Assembly (NCBI GenBank): GCA_963842885.1
Contig: CAWJIE010000005.1
Coordinates: 320,001-384,000 of the forward strand
Length of the DNA: 64,000 bases
Direction of reading: 5' to 3'
DNA from: an uncultured Nitrososphaerota archaeon
GTDB taxonomy: Archaea > Thermoproteota > Nitrososphaeria > Conexivisphaerales > DTJL01
Position numbers and translations under genes: made by a program. The notes below the pieces were generated by a model. That model made no database searches. It saw only the letters and a program-made list of their open reading frames with translations, and was not told where the DNA came from. Shown in pieces: positions 10,356 through 20,383 of the stretch; position 1 is the stretch's first letter; each line of letters begins with the position of its first letter.

Positions 10356-11426
10356 TTGCTGGCCAGGAAGGCGGTGAGGCAGTCGTATTCTCCGTCTGCG
10401 GAGGTCCTAGGCCTTATGTGGTCGTTCAAGGAGATGACGAACGAATGCATCCGCATAGGTTTGGCCAGCCATGCTTCGACTCTCAGGCGCCTGGACTTCC
10501 TCTGTTATCGCAACCTCGCAAGGTTTCGCGTCCCATCATACTACAAGCTTTGCGCAATCTCAAAGGCCGCAGGCATACTGGCATCAAGGAAGAAGTCCAT
10601 CAGGAGGGGATACCCGACAAAAACGCTATACCTGAAAGAGCCGATGTTGACTTCTTGCTATGGCTTCAAGGTCACCGTTGCCGCTCTCAGCATACCCATT
10701 GGGGTTCGCCAGCACGAGGAGATACCACTGAACAGACACACATTGGGTGTACTGTCCGACTCGACGCTGAAAGCGAACTCCTTCACGCTGACTGAGACGT
10801 CTCTGTCAGTCTCTTACTCAAAAGAGGTGGAGAAGGTTGAGGGCCTAGCTGGAGCCGTCGGGGTGGATAGGAACCTGCGCAACCTTACGGTAGGCGACGA
10901 AAGGAAGGTGACCTATTATGGCATGGCGAAGGTCGTGGACATTGGGGAAACCACGAAGAGCGTGGTCAGGTCGTTCAAGAGGGACGATGTTAGGATACGA
11001 AAGAGAATCGCTTCGAAGTACGGGAGGAGGAGGCACTACCGCATCGAGAGCTTCCTTCACAAAGTCTCCAAGATGGTCGTAGCCGATGCTGTGAAGGAAA
11101 GGCAAGCCATAGCCTTAGAAGACATCGGACACATCAGGAGGCTATACCAGAAGGGGAACTGGCAAGGAAAAAGCTACAGGGGGATGATGAACAGCTGGCC
11201 CTACGCCGAGATCAAGAGGCAAATCGAGTACAAGGCGACATGGGCTGGCATACCGGTGATTCATCTGACTAAAGCCGAGACCAGAGGGACGTCGTCGAGC
11301 TGCTACCGATGCGGGGAGAGACTCCAAGGGGCAGCGAAGGAGGGCGTCCAGCATACAAGGCAGCTCTGGTGTCCGAAGTGCGGGATGTGGTTCGACCGCG
11401 ACTTGGTCGCCGTATTGAACATCTAG
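10356..11426 (+). CDS. tnpB: TnpB RNA-guided endonuclease (early TAG just after RuvC-III)
   Basis: GVDRN, LEDI, CYRC...CPKC, DRDLVAVLN; homologous tail continues after the stop. Confidence 0.9.
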   Translation: MLARKAVRQSYSPSAEVLGLMWSFKEMTNECIRIGLASHASTLRRLDFLCYRNLARFRVPSYYKLCAISKAAGILASRKKSIRRGYPTKTLYLKEPMLTSCYGFKVTVAALSIPIGVRQHEEIPLNRHTLGVLSDSTLKANSFTLTETSLSVSYSKEVEKVEGLAGAVGVDRNLRNLTVGDERKVTYYGMAKVVDIGETTKSVVRSFKRDDVRIRKRIASKYGRRRHYRIESFLHKVSKMVVADAVKERQAIALEDIGHIRRLYQKGNWQGKSYRGMMNSWPYAEIKRQIEYKATWAGIPVIHLTKAETRGTSSSCYRCGERLQGAAKEGVQHTRQLWCPKCGMWFDRDLVAVLNI

Positions 11427-11429
11427 TAT

Positions 11430-11558
11430 AAAGGGCGGGTGAGGTTCGCCCATTCAAAAGGCGAGGCAGCTGAAGCGATGAGGGGGAACCAGACGATGCC
11501 TGCAATCCTCAGAGTCGATGCCTCGAAGGGAAGCGCCAGACGATAACGTCCCAGAACC
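11430..11558 (+). ncRNA. Putative omega/reRNA scaffold of TnpB copy 2
   Basis: GGTTC (11443-11447) complementary to terminal GAACC; stem CGAGGCA/TGCCTCG. Confidence 0.7.
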
Positions 11559-11604
11559 CGGAAACCTATTATAGCGAGAGGGCTCGTCCATTTCGTGCTG
11601 ACCC

Positions 11605-12459
11605 TTGCCAAGAGATGAGCTCACGGTGGGCGTGCACGTCAGTGCCAGCGGCTCCCTCGACCTGGCCGTCGACAGGGCGGTCCAGCTGGGCTGCGGCGCC
11701 TTCCAGATGTTCACAAGGAACCCCCAGGGCTGGAAGTTCGGCCCCATCAAGGAAGACGTCGCCGCGTCGTTCAAGGAGAAGATGAAGAGGTCAGGGATCA
11801 AGGAGGCCGTATCCCACATGCCCTACCTCCCCAACCTTGCCACGCCCGACCCCCTGACATTCGGGAAGTCCCAGGAGGCCCTGAATGAGGAGCTGCGCAG
11901 GGCTTCGCTCCTCGGCCTGTCGGCCGTGGTGATGCACCTCGGCAGCCATCTGGGGAAGGGGAAGACCTACGGCCAGGGAAGGGTGGCTTTGGCCATCATC
12001 CATTCCTATTCGGAGACGGGGGCCAAGGTTCCGATACTGCTTGAGAACACCGCGGGCCAGAAGAACAGCGTTGGCTCTGGCTTCGACGACCTGAGGAGGA
12101 TACTCGAGCTCGTCGGGGACTCGAAGGGCGTCGGTGTGTGCCTGGACACGTGCCATCTGTACGCGGCCGGCTACGACTTGACTTCCCCCAGCTCGGTGGA
12201 GGACACCCTCTCGAAGTTCGATGAAACGGTGGGGCTCCAGGCCCTTAAGCTGATCCACCTCAACGACTCCAAGGGCGGGCTGGGCTGTCATCTCGATCGG
12301 CATGAGAACATCGGAAAGGGCCAAATCGGGTCGGCCGGCTTCAGGGCGTTCCTTCACAACGAGAAAGTCCGCCATCTCCCCATGATTCTCGAGACGCCCG
12401 TGGCTGAGGATGGAGACTGGGGGAAGGACCTGGTCGTCGTCAGGAAGCTCTTCAAGTGA
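11605..12459 (+). CDS. nfo: Endonuclease IV (AP endonuclease)
   Basis: GVHVS, HMPYLPNL, HLGSH, ENTAG, DTCHLYAAGY, HLNDSK, DRHENIG, ETP. Confidence 0.93.
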   Translation: MPRDELTVGVHVSASGSLDLAVDRAVQLGCGAFQMFTRNPQGWKFGPIKEDVAASFKEKMKRSGIKEAVSHMPYLPNLATPDPLTFGKSQEALNEELRRASLLGLSAVVMHLGSHLGKGKTYGQGRVALAIIHSYSETGAKVPILLENTAGQKNSVGSGFDDLRRILELVGDSKGVGVCLDTCHLYAAGYDLTSPSSVEDTLSKFDETVGLQALKLIHLNDSKGGLGCHLDRHENIGKGQIGSAGFRAFLHNEKVRHLPMILETPVAEDGDWGKDLVVVRKLFK

Positions 12460-12633
12460 CCCATAGGACTTCCTCCTGATCGGATATTATAGGAAAGGGC
12501 TGTGCCGGGCTTATGAGCTTTCATCGATTCGCGATGAGGGGCTTCATGCGCAACGATTCTAGCTTACGACCGTAGCCCCAACCTATTTGCCGAAGTCCGG
12601 AGCAGATGTGCTGCCCTCAGAGCGGCTTCTCGA

Positions 12634-13485
12634 CTACCTTTCGGGAACGAGCTCTCTGATCTGGACCACGTTGACGGCCGGCCTCTTCTTCTTCAGCGTC
12701 CCAGCCTTCCATATGGCCAGCGCCTTGAGCTGCTGTATGGCGAAGGCGGGGTCCACCCCCTTCGGGCAGACGTCGCTGCAGCTGCCGGCGAAGTGGCAGT
12801 TCCAGAGGCCATGGCTGCTGTCCAGTACCTCCATCCTCTTTGCATGAGCTCCGTCCCTGGTGTCCGCGATGTACCTGTACGCCTGCCCCATGGCCATGGG
12901 GCCCAGGAAGGACTTGTCCATGGCGTTGGTGGGACACGCGGAGTAGCAGAGGCCGCATTTGATGCAGTTGGAGAACATGAGGAAGTCGATCACCTGGTCG
13001 GGCGTCTGCATGTACTCCCTGTTCAGGTTCAGGTCGACGTCCTCCCTGACGATGTAGGGAAGTATCGAACGGTGCTTGTCGAAGAAGACGGAGAAGTCGG
13101 GGACGAGGTCCCTAGTGACGGGCATGTTGTTCATGGGCCTCACCACGATAGTGTCCTTCTCCAGGTTCTCCACCTGGGTCTTGCAGGCAAGCATCTCCTT
13201 GCCGTTGATCACCATGCCGCAGGAGCCGCAGACGGCCATCCTGCAGGAATAGCGTATGGAGAGCGACGGGTCCAGCTTCTCCTTGATGTAGAGGAGGGAG
13301 TCGAGCACGGTCGTTCCCTTGAACACGGGGACCTCGTACATGGAGTACCTTACACCTTCGCCCTTCGCTGGGTCGTATCTGAAGACGCGGAAGTTCACCT
13401 TCTTGATGGGCTTGCCCAGGCCCTCCATGACCTTGGGGTCGAAGTGAAGGGGAACTATGGGGACATTGGACTTGTCTTGGGACAT
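12634..13485 (-). CDS. sdhB: Succinate dehydrogenase iron-sulfur subunit
   Basis: SCRMAVCGSC, CIKCGLCYSACP, CHFAGSCSDVCP clusters. Confidence 0.93.
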   Translation of the reverse strand: MSQDKSNVPIVPLHFDPKVMEGLGKPIKKVNFRVFRYDPAKGEGVRYSMYEVPVFKGTTVLDSLLYIKEKLDPSLSIRYSCRMAVCGSCGMVINGKEMLACKTQVENLEKDTIVVRPMNNMPVTRDLVPDFSVFFDKHRSILPYIVREDVDLNLNREYMQTPDQVIDFLMFSNCIKCGLCYSACPTNAMDKSFLGPMAMGQAYRYIADTRDGAHAKRMEVLDSSHGLWNCHFAGSCSDVCPKGVDPAFAIQQLKALAIWKAGTLKKKRPAVNVVQIRELVPER

Positions 13486-13835
13486 CAGTGGAGCCACTCC
13501 AGGAAGATCAGTATGGTGCGTGTGCCCCAGACGAAGGTCGCCGCGCCTCCGAGCAGCATGAGCCAGGAGACGGCGGTCTCGTAGGTCTTCCCCTGGTACA
13601 GCTCAATGAGCACCTTCCTGAAGCCGTTGAAGACGTGGAAGGAGAGGAGCACGAGGAAGAGCTCGAAGAACAGTGCGCCCGCAAGGTAAGCGGACTTGAC
13701 GGTGTTGAACTCCAAGGCGGTGGGTAGGCCTCCCGCAGACAGCGTAAGGCCCGCAAAGTGCAACGCCCCAAGGACGAGGATGCATGCGCCCGTTATGTAC
13801 TGCAGGAGCATGAACGTTGATTCTCTCAAGCTCAC
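13485..13835 (-). CDS. sdhD: Succinate dehydrogenase membrane anchor subunit
   Basis: QYITG...LH, HVFNGFR heme-ligand motifs; three TM helices; operon context. Confidence 0.8.
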   Translation of the reverse strand: MSLRESTFMLLQYITGACILVLGALHFAGLTLSAGGLPTALEFNTVKSAYLAGALFFELFLVLLSFHVFNGFRKVLIELYQGKTYETAVSWLMLLGGAATFVWGTRTILIFLEWLH

Positions 13836-14332
13836 ACCCCCAAGGCGACCACGAAGAGCTGATAGAAGGCGAAGGCCATCAGCACGAAGGAGGCGATGAC
13901 GATAGCTATCCCTATCTGCTTCTGGCTACCTCTGAGGCTGCTGGGCAGGAAGGGATACGTAGGCCTCTCCACCTTGCCGATGAGCCAGCCCTGCTCGGAC
14001 ATTACCAGCCGTACACCGTTCATACTGTGAAAGACGGCCGCCGCGGCCACCAGGAGGAGGCCGGTGTGGAAGGCGTAGTTGGTGAGGAAGCTCATCAGGC
14101 TGGTCCAGACTACCGGCTTGAGCCCCTGCTCCACGTCCAGGAAGGCCTGGGCGGCATTGCTCGTCTCCCAGATATGCATCACGAAATAGATCCCCACGCC
14201 CACGCCCGTGATCCTGTGCATGGCGTAGAGCCACCTCTCGAAGTTGCGGTTCCAGAACTTTATCCATCCACGGTATAATCCGGCGTTGTTCTTCTTCTCC
14301 ATCACGGAGTCCTGCTCCATCATCCTCACCAT
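13832..14332 (-). CDS. sdhC: Succinate dehydrogenase cytochrome b subunit
   Basis: HRITG, FHSMNGVR motifs; operon context. Confidence 0.85.
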   Translation of the reverse strand: MVRMMEQDSVMEKKNNAGLYRGWIKFWNRNFERWLYAMHRITGVGVGIYFVMHIWETSNAAQAFLDVEQGLKPVVWTSLMSFLTNYAFHTGLLLVAAAAVFHSMNGVRLVMSEQGWLIGKVERPTYPFLPSSLRGSQKQIGIAIVIASFVLMAFAFYQLFVVALGV

Positions 14333-14333
14333 C

Positions 14334-16050
14334 TCAATACTTCCTCTCCATGGGAGCCCACTTAGTGATCACCACGGGCTTGTACTCGACCCTGGGGCCT
14401 TCTGGCGTGTAGTAGACCATCGAATGCTTGAGGAAGTTCACGTCGTCTCTCTTCGGGTAGTCCTTCCTCGCATGGCCTCCCCTCGACTCCTTCCTCAGGA
14501 GGGCGGAGGTGACCAGGGCGTCCGCGACGTCCAGGAGGTTCCCCACCTCCAGGGTGCCCGTGAGGTTGGTGTTGAAGTTCTTCGACTTGTCCTCAACCCT
14601 CACCCTGGCGTACCTTCCGCGAAGCTCCTTGACCTTCTTCAGCGCCTCGGTCAGGCCCTGCTCGGTCCTGTAGACGTAGACGTTGTTGTCCATGGCGGCC
14701 CAAAGCTCCTTCTTGATGGCGTAGGGGTCCTCGCCCTGCTCCCTTCCGAGGAGATCGACGAAGATGCGGTTCTCCTCGGCCTCCATTCTGGAGGCCGGCA
14801 GGCCGGGCGCCGACGCCCCCTCCATGATGTACTTTGCGGCCTTCTCGCCGGTCAGCCTGCCATACACGAGGCAGGCAGTGGTGGAGTTCGCGCCCAGGCG
14901 GTTCGCACCGTGGACGCTGACGCAGGCGCATTCGCCGGCGGCCCAGAGCCCCTTCGCTGTGGTCTCGCCGTTGATGTCCACGTCTATGCCTCCCATGCTG
15001 TAGTGCGCGACCGGCCGGATAGGGAGTGGCGCCTCGAGCGGGTCGATGCCGACGAAGTTGTGCCCGAGCTCGATCATCATGGGGAGCTTCTCCTTGACCT
15101 TCTCCGCCCCTATGGGGCTGAAGTCCAGGAGGACGTAGTCCAGGCCGTTGGGGCCCTTGAAGCCCCTCCCCTGCTCGATCTCCGTGACGATCGACCTCGA
15201 AATCAGGTCGCGGGGTGCCAGCTCCAGCTTCTCTGGGGCGTACCTCTTCATGAAACGCTCGCCCTTGCTGTTGACCAGGATTCCCCCTTCTCCCCTGACG
15301 GCCTCGGTGATCAGTATCCCGGAGGGGACGAGCCCCGTGGGATGGAACTGGACGAACTCGACGTCCTTCAGGGCGATGCCGGCCCGGTAAAGCGCGCCCG
15401 CGCCGTCGCCCGTGACGCTGTGGCTGTACGTAGTGAAGCCGAAGAGGCGCCCCAGCCCACCCGTGGCTACTATCACCGCCTTGGCGGCGAAGCCCACCAG
15501 CTCCCCCGACTTCATGTTGATGGCCGTGATGCCCCTGCAGACCCCGCCCTCCAGGACGAGGGAGGTGAGGAACCACTCCTCGTAGAAGTGGACGGAGGTG
15601 TACTTGAGAAGCGTGTCGTAGAGGGTCTGCATCTCATAGAAGCCGGTCTTGTCCGCGGCATACGTGGCCCTGGGGAAGCTGTGCCCTCCGAAGGGCCTCT
15701 GGGCGATCCTGCCGTCGGGCCTCCTGCTCCAGGGCATCCCCCAGTGCTCAAGCCTCAGTATCTCCTCGGGGGCGAGCTTGACGAATGACTCCACTACGTC
15801 CTGGTCGGCCAGGTAATCCGCGCCCTTGACCGTGTCGAATGCGTGAAGCTCGACGCTGTCATTCTCGTCTGTGTAGAGGACGGCGGCCGTCCCTCCCTCG
15901 GCGGCGACGCTGTGCGCCCTCATGAGATGGACCTTGGAAACTATGGCGATGTCGAGCTTGCCGTTGCTGACGATGGCCGCCTGGATCGCCGCCCTCAGGC
16001 CCGCCAGCCCGGCGCCCACGATAACCAGATCATGGCTGACAGTGTGCGTC
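14334..16050 (-). CDS. sdhA: Succinate dehydrogenase flavoprotein subunit (start approximate)
   Basis: GAGLAGLRAA, RAHSVAAEGG covalent-FAD His, QFHPTG, HGANRLGANS, RKESRGGH. Confidence 0.95.
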
Positions 16051-16266
16051 TAGATCACCGTTACGGGAATTTGGAGGTTCTTGAGGTATAAAAAAGTTGG
16101 CGTCGGACGATTCTTGCCTCAGACGAGTCGTTTCCTACTTTTATTTCATGCACTGCCCCCTCCGGCTGATGGTTCGGCAGGAAAGCCAGGCTTCTACTCG
16201 CAGAAACGCCCCTATCTTGTGCTAGGTGAAAGAGACAGACAAAACGAAAGGGCTCTTAGAAGCCGC

Positions 16267-16425
16267 TCAGCCGATGATGTAGACAACAGTGACCTGTGCT
16301 GTTTCCGTCGCTGGGCCTGCATTGAACTGCGGCGTCTTGGTTCCGCCCGACATTACGGCCAGGGACGCCGTGATGGCGAGGGCTATCACGAGAAGAGACA
16401 GCACCTTGTACCTTTCCTGCGGCAT
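16267..16425 (-). CDS. Small putative exported peptide (52 aa, below ORF-track cutoff)
   Basis: MPQERYKVLSLLVIALAITASLAVMSGGTK...VTVVYIIG*; AGGTGA Shine-Dalgarno upstream. Confidence 0.5.
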   Translation of the reverse strand: MPQERYKVLSLLVIALAITASLAVMSGGTKTPQFNAGPATETAQVTVVYIIG

Positions 16426-16566
16426 TACACTTCTTCACCTACCACCACTGCCGGGAGGAGGGAGTTAGCGCTAACCAATGAAACGGAACCTTCCACCCCG
16501 TTCTACCCTCCCGAACGCCCCCCGGCGGCAAAGCTTTAATCGCCATCTGGCCTCAACAGGCTCGTC

Positions 16567-16984
16567 TTGAAGCGCGACGACCGGCTCTCCGCCTCCACCG
16601 TGAAGGTCTACGTCTTCCTTCTCAGGAAGGGGGAGAGCGCGGGCGTCCGCGAGGTGCAGAGGGCCATGGGTTTCAAGAGCCCCAGCGTGGCCTATTATCA
16701 CCTGAACAAGCTCATCGAGATGGAGCTGGTGAAGCAGGACCAGTACGGCGCCTACGTGGCTGAGAGGAAGGTGGACGCCAGCGCCCTCGGCCCCTTCCTG
16801 CTCCTCGGCTCGGTCATCGTGCCCCGCTTCGTCTTCTACGCCGCCTTCTTCTCGACGTTCCTCGCGCGGCTACCTCCTGGTGTACCGCCTCAATTCCAGC
16901 GTCGAGCTGATCGCCGTGGCGGCCCTGGCTGCCGCCTTCTTCTGGGTCGAGGCGCTGCTTGCTTGGCGGAGGAGGTCCTTCTAG
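16567..16984 (+). CDS. Membrane-anchored winged-HTH regulator (frameshift near 16868)
   Basis: GVREVQRAMGFKSPSVAYYHLNKLIEMELV wHTH then VPRFVFYAAFF TM; paralog of 56147-56593. Confidence 0.75.
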
Positions 16985-17244
16985 CGGTAGGTGGCGGAGC
17001 CCTTCTCCTTGTCCTTCTTCATCAGGTCCTTCGGGATGCTCACCATCCTGATGAGGTTCGTGTTCTGTATGGCGTAGACGGGAAGCCCCGTGTTGGGGTC
17101 GTTGCCCATCCTGAAGACGGCGGTCACACTGCTCCTGAACTTGAGGACGCTGCCGTCCTTGAGCTTCAGAGTGACCCAGCTGTCCTCCCCCTCCGCTTCG
17201 AACTCCACCAGCTCGCCTCCCTGAATGGGCATGGGCATGCTCAA
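16981..17244 (-). CDS. Small hypothetical protein
   Basis: Host-like codon usage; LKDGSVLK...DPNTGLPVY. Confidence 0.6.
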   Translation of the reverse strand: MSMPMPIQGGELVEFEAEGEDSWVTLKLKDGSVLKFRSSVTAVFRMGNDPNTGLPVYAIQNTNLIRMVSIPKDLMKKDKEKGSATYR

Positions 17245-17369
17245 AACTTGCTTACCTTGTGCTTCGGGGTGGCAGGTCTCTATAAGCCTTCTGCATCGCC
17301 GAGCCCGCCCTCCCTGTTCTATTGATTAGAGCTTAATCAACTGGCTTTGATACTCAAGGCAGACAAGCG

Positions 17370-17864
17370 ATGCAGACCGCCAGCGCTCCTTCCCCCGTCC
17401 GCGGCCTAGCCATCGCCCTTCTCCTTGGGGTGGTGCTTGCCGCCGCAGCCGTGGGGTTCCTGGCCAGCGTCCCCTCTTCCTTGGAGCTCACCGGCGCCTC
17501 TCAGAGCTCCCCGTCGACGAACCAGACCAAAACAACCCAAGGAGGCCAGGCTGGTGCTTCGGTCCCGACCTCCAGCAACAACACTACCTCCTGGTCCAGC
17601 GTATTTGCAGTCGTCAACTCCACCTCCCCCAGCATCATGAGCGTGGGTGACATCGCCGCTGCCATCTCGGGCGGGAAGGGGGTGGGCGCATCGAATTCCA
17701 GCATCTCCGGGAGCACCTCTGAGAACGCCTCGAATGCAGCCCTGACCTACGGCCAGGAGAGGTCCGCTACCGTGGCGACGGCCTGGAGGGATCTGGCCAT
17801 CTTCGCCGCCGCCGGAGCACTCGCGTCGGCGGTCTTCCTCCTCTCAAGGCGCCGGGTGTCCTAG
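17370..17864 (+). CDS. Ser/Thr-rich membrane-anchored surface protein
   Basis: N-terminal TM, low-complexity S/T linker with NxS/T sequons, C-terminal TM plus RRR. Confidence 0.6.
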   Translation: MQTASAPSPVRGLAIALLLGVVLAAAAVGFLASVPSSLELTGASQSSPSTNQTKTTQGGQAGASVPTSSNNTTSWSSVFAVVNSTSPSIMSVGDIAAAISGGKGVGASNSSISGSTSENASNAALTYGQERSATVATAWRDLAIFAAAGALASAVFLLSRRRVS

Positions 17865-17926
17865 CGGCTGGCGACTAATGCGAAACGTTCTTTAGAAGTC
17901 AAGGGCCCACATGGGCTAGATCTGAA

Positions 17927-18724
17927 ATGGCAAAACCCACCATATTGGTAAGCAACGACGATGGGCCCACCAGCAGAGGTCTTCACGCGCTGGTGCGAGC
18001 CCTCCTCGACGTGGGCGAAGTGGTCCCGGTGGTCCCGGAAGGCCCCCGAAGCGGCACCTCCATGAGCCTGACCTGGCACAAGCCCCTCAGGATCCGCGAG
18101 GTCCAGATCGCCGGGGTGAAGGGATTCGTCGTGTCGGGCAGCCCGGCCGACGCCGTCATGATGGCGCTCAACAAGGTGCTCGAAGAGAAGCCTGATGCCA
18201 TGGCGTCCGGCATCAACATCGGAGACAACACGGGCCTGCAGGACGTCTACGCCAGCGGCACGGTTTCGGCCGCCCTCCAGGCGGCCCTCTCGGGAATCCC
18301 CTCTGTGGCCTTTTCCATGCAAATCTCCGAGGACGTTGTCTTCTCGCCTGCGGAGGCCAGGGCAGATTTTGGGACGGCCGCCTTCCACGCCAGGAGGGTC
18401 ATGCACTGGCTGGCCAAGAACCGCCTCCCCGAAGGAGTGAACTTCCTTAACGTGAACATCCCATCCAATGCGGCCCTGAACACGAAGGCCGTCATCACCA
18501 AGCTGGCCCTCCACAAGTACGACAACTTCATCGTGGAACGCCTTGATCCTCGAGGAAAGCCCTACTACTGGGTCTGGGGGAACAGGAAGAAGAATTACGA
18601 GGATGGAAGCGACGCCAAGGCCATCATAGAGGATGGCCTGGTCTCTGTGACGCCTCTCCACATGGATCCCACCTGGCCCGCCAAGGGCATCGAAGGGCTC
18701 CTGAGCAGCCTCAATGGGCAATGA
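17927..18724 (+). CDS. surE: 5'/3'-nucleotidase SurE
   Basis: ILVSNDDG, SGSPADAV, SGINIGDN, SGTVSAA, DPRGKPYYW, SVTPL. Confidence 0.93.
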   Translation: MAKPTILVSNDDGPTSRGLHALVRALLDVGEVVPVVPEGPRSGTSMSLTWHKPLRIREVQIAGVKGFVVSGSPADAVMMALNKVLEEKPDAMASGINIGDNTGLQDVYASGTVSAALQAALSGIPSVAFSMQISEDVVFSPAEARADFGTAAFHARRVMHWLAKNRLPEGVNFLNVNIPSNAALNTKAVITKLALHKYDNFIVERLDPRGKPYYWVWGNRKKNYEDGSDAKAIIEDGLVSVTPLHMDPTWPAKGIEGLLSSLNGQ

Positions 18725-19312
18725 CGGGAAAGCGTTTATCCCCCCACCTTCGCCCGGACCTTGACTTGACCGAAACGAAGCCCAAGATCCTCGATTCTGC
18801 AGTGGTATTCCGGGGGGAGAAGCTGGAGATCGTCCGGGACACGCTGTCGTGGGGGAGGGACAGGGAGGCTGCCGTCGAGACGATACTTCATCCCGGTGCT
18901 GTGGCCATCCTCGCCGCCACGGCGGACGGCAGAGTCATCCTCGAAAGACAGTACCGTCACTCCGTCAACAGCTTCCTCTACGAAGTGCCGGCCGGCACCC
19001 TGGAGCCCGGCGAGGAACCCGCGGAGTGCGCGTCAAGGGAGCTGCTCGAGGAGACCGGATATCGGGCCGCCTCCTTGAAGAAGCTGGGAGCCATCTACAC
19101 CGCGCCGGGATACAGCTCCGAAATCCTCCACCTGTTCATGGCCAGGGCCGTCAGGGCTGGGGGCCAGAGGCTCGAGGACGACGAGGCGATACTCGGTGTC
19201 CCTTCATAGTCCGAAGGAGGCCCTGAGGCTGGTCATGAGTGGCGAGACTTCAGACGCCAAGTCGATGATCCTCTTGAAGATGGCGGTTGCCGACCCGGGC
19301 CTTCTGTCCTAG
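18721..19312 (+). CDS. Nudix hydrolase, ADP-ribose pyrophosphatase-like (frameshift near 19195)
   Basis: HPGAV, PAGTLEPGEEPAECASRELLEETGY Nudix box, DAK motif in shifted frame. Confidence 0.85.
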
Positions 19313-20334
19313 GAGGCGCCCGCCGGGGAGCCCGTCGGTTCCTTCAACGTGCTGTGCTCGAAAGCGGCGGCTCCAGGCGTGAGGACCTTCTTGATCCTGT
19401 TGACGCACGTCGTCCCCTGGGCGAAGCCCACTACGAGGAGGTTCTGCTTCAAGGTGTCCTTGGGCGATGCCACGTCGCCGGCGGCATATATCCCGGGGAC
19501 GCTCGTCTCGAAGTTCGAGTCCACGGATATGCCCCTCGGGTCCATCGATATCCCCCACTGCTTCACGATGCTCAGGTCGGCCTTGTAGCCGACGAGGACG
19601 AGGAGGGCGTCGCATTCCAGCGTCTCCGTGGCATCAGTCTGAGAGTTCTTGATGACGACCTCCCTGACCCAGTCGTCCCCCTTCACCTCGACCATCTCCG
19701 ACCAGAGCCTGATGTCGATGTTGGATGTCTTGAGAGCCTCTACCGATTTTTCATGGGCCCTGAAGACGTCCCGTCGGTGGACCAGGTATATCTTCGCCGC
19801 GATGTCCTTAAGGTGGAGCGCCCAGTCCACCGCGGTGTCTCCTCCCCCTATGATGACGATCCTCTTGTCCTTGAAATCTAGGGGCTCCCTGACGTAGTAG
19901 TAGATGCCCCTTCCATCGAGCTCGTTCACGCCGGGCACGATGAGCTTGTTAGGCGAAAAGGCTCCGATGCCCGTCGCTATGATGACCGCCCTGCCCAGAT
20001 GCCTCCCCCTGTCCGTGACTATCTCGAACTCCTGCGAGCTCATCCTCTCGATGTGGAGGACGCGCTCAGCGAGACAGATGGTGGGATTGAATTGGGAAGC
20101 CTGGGCGACGAGGTTGCCGATCATCTCCTTACCGTTGACTGACCTGAACCCGGGCATGTCGTAGATGAACTTGTCAGGGTAGAGGAGCGAGACCTGCCCG
20201 CCGAGGGCCTCCGTGGCTTCCAAGAGCTTCACCTTGAGGTCCCTGAACCCAGCATAGTACACCGCGAAGAGGCCGATGGGGCCCCCTCCGATGACGATCA
20301 CATCGAAGAGTTCGTCTTCGGGGGCTTCGGACAT
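19309..20334 (-). CDS. Ferredoxin--NADP reductase, thioredoxin-reductase-like (YumC type)
   Basis: GGGPIG, LYPDKFIYD, GIGAF, GGGDTAVDWA, HRR, AAGD; no CXXC. Confidence 0.85.
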   Translation of the reverse strand: MSEAPEDELFDVIVIGGGPIGLFAVYYAGFRDLKVKLLEATEALGGQVSLLYPDKFIYDMPGFRSVNGKEMIGNLVAQASQFNPTICLAERVLHIERMSSQEFEIVTDRGRHLGRAVIIATGIGAFSPNKLIVPGVNELDGRGIYYYVREPLDFKDKRIVIIGGGDTAVDWALHLKDIAAKIYLVHRRDVFRAHEKSVEALKTSNIDIRLWSEMVEVKGDDWVREVVIKNSQTDATETLECDALLVLVGYKADLSIVKQWGISMDPRGISVDSNFETSVPGIYAAGDVASPKDTLKQNLLVVGFAQGTTCVNRIKKVLTPGAAAFEHSTLKEPTGSPAGAS

Positions 20335-20383
20335 GGTTGCTTCGGTGCCGCGTATGGCTTTAGAGCACTAATATGCCTATCTA

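Larger units (their letters stand above)
10294..11558 (+). mobile_element. TIR-bounded TnpB-only element, copy 2 (outer left bases eroded, no TSD visible)
   Basis: Left TCCTCTGGAAAGTTGTCGGTTG vs reverse complement of right end GGTTCTGGGACGTTATCGTCTG, 14/22 in the same register as the other copies. Confidence 0.7.

Noticed and set aside
11424-11426. In-frame TAG in tnpB copy 2 as pyrrolysine or readthrough
   Set aside because: It follows RuvC-III, and the downstream conservation is explained by the RNA scaffold; no pyl genes are seen.
14244-15788. Long antisense or alternate-frame ORFs (for example opposite sdhA, tyrS, surE, integrase)
   Set aside because: Shadow ORFs expected from high GC3 codon usage; no recognisable motifs.
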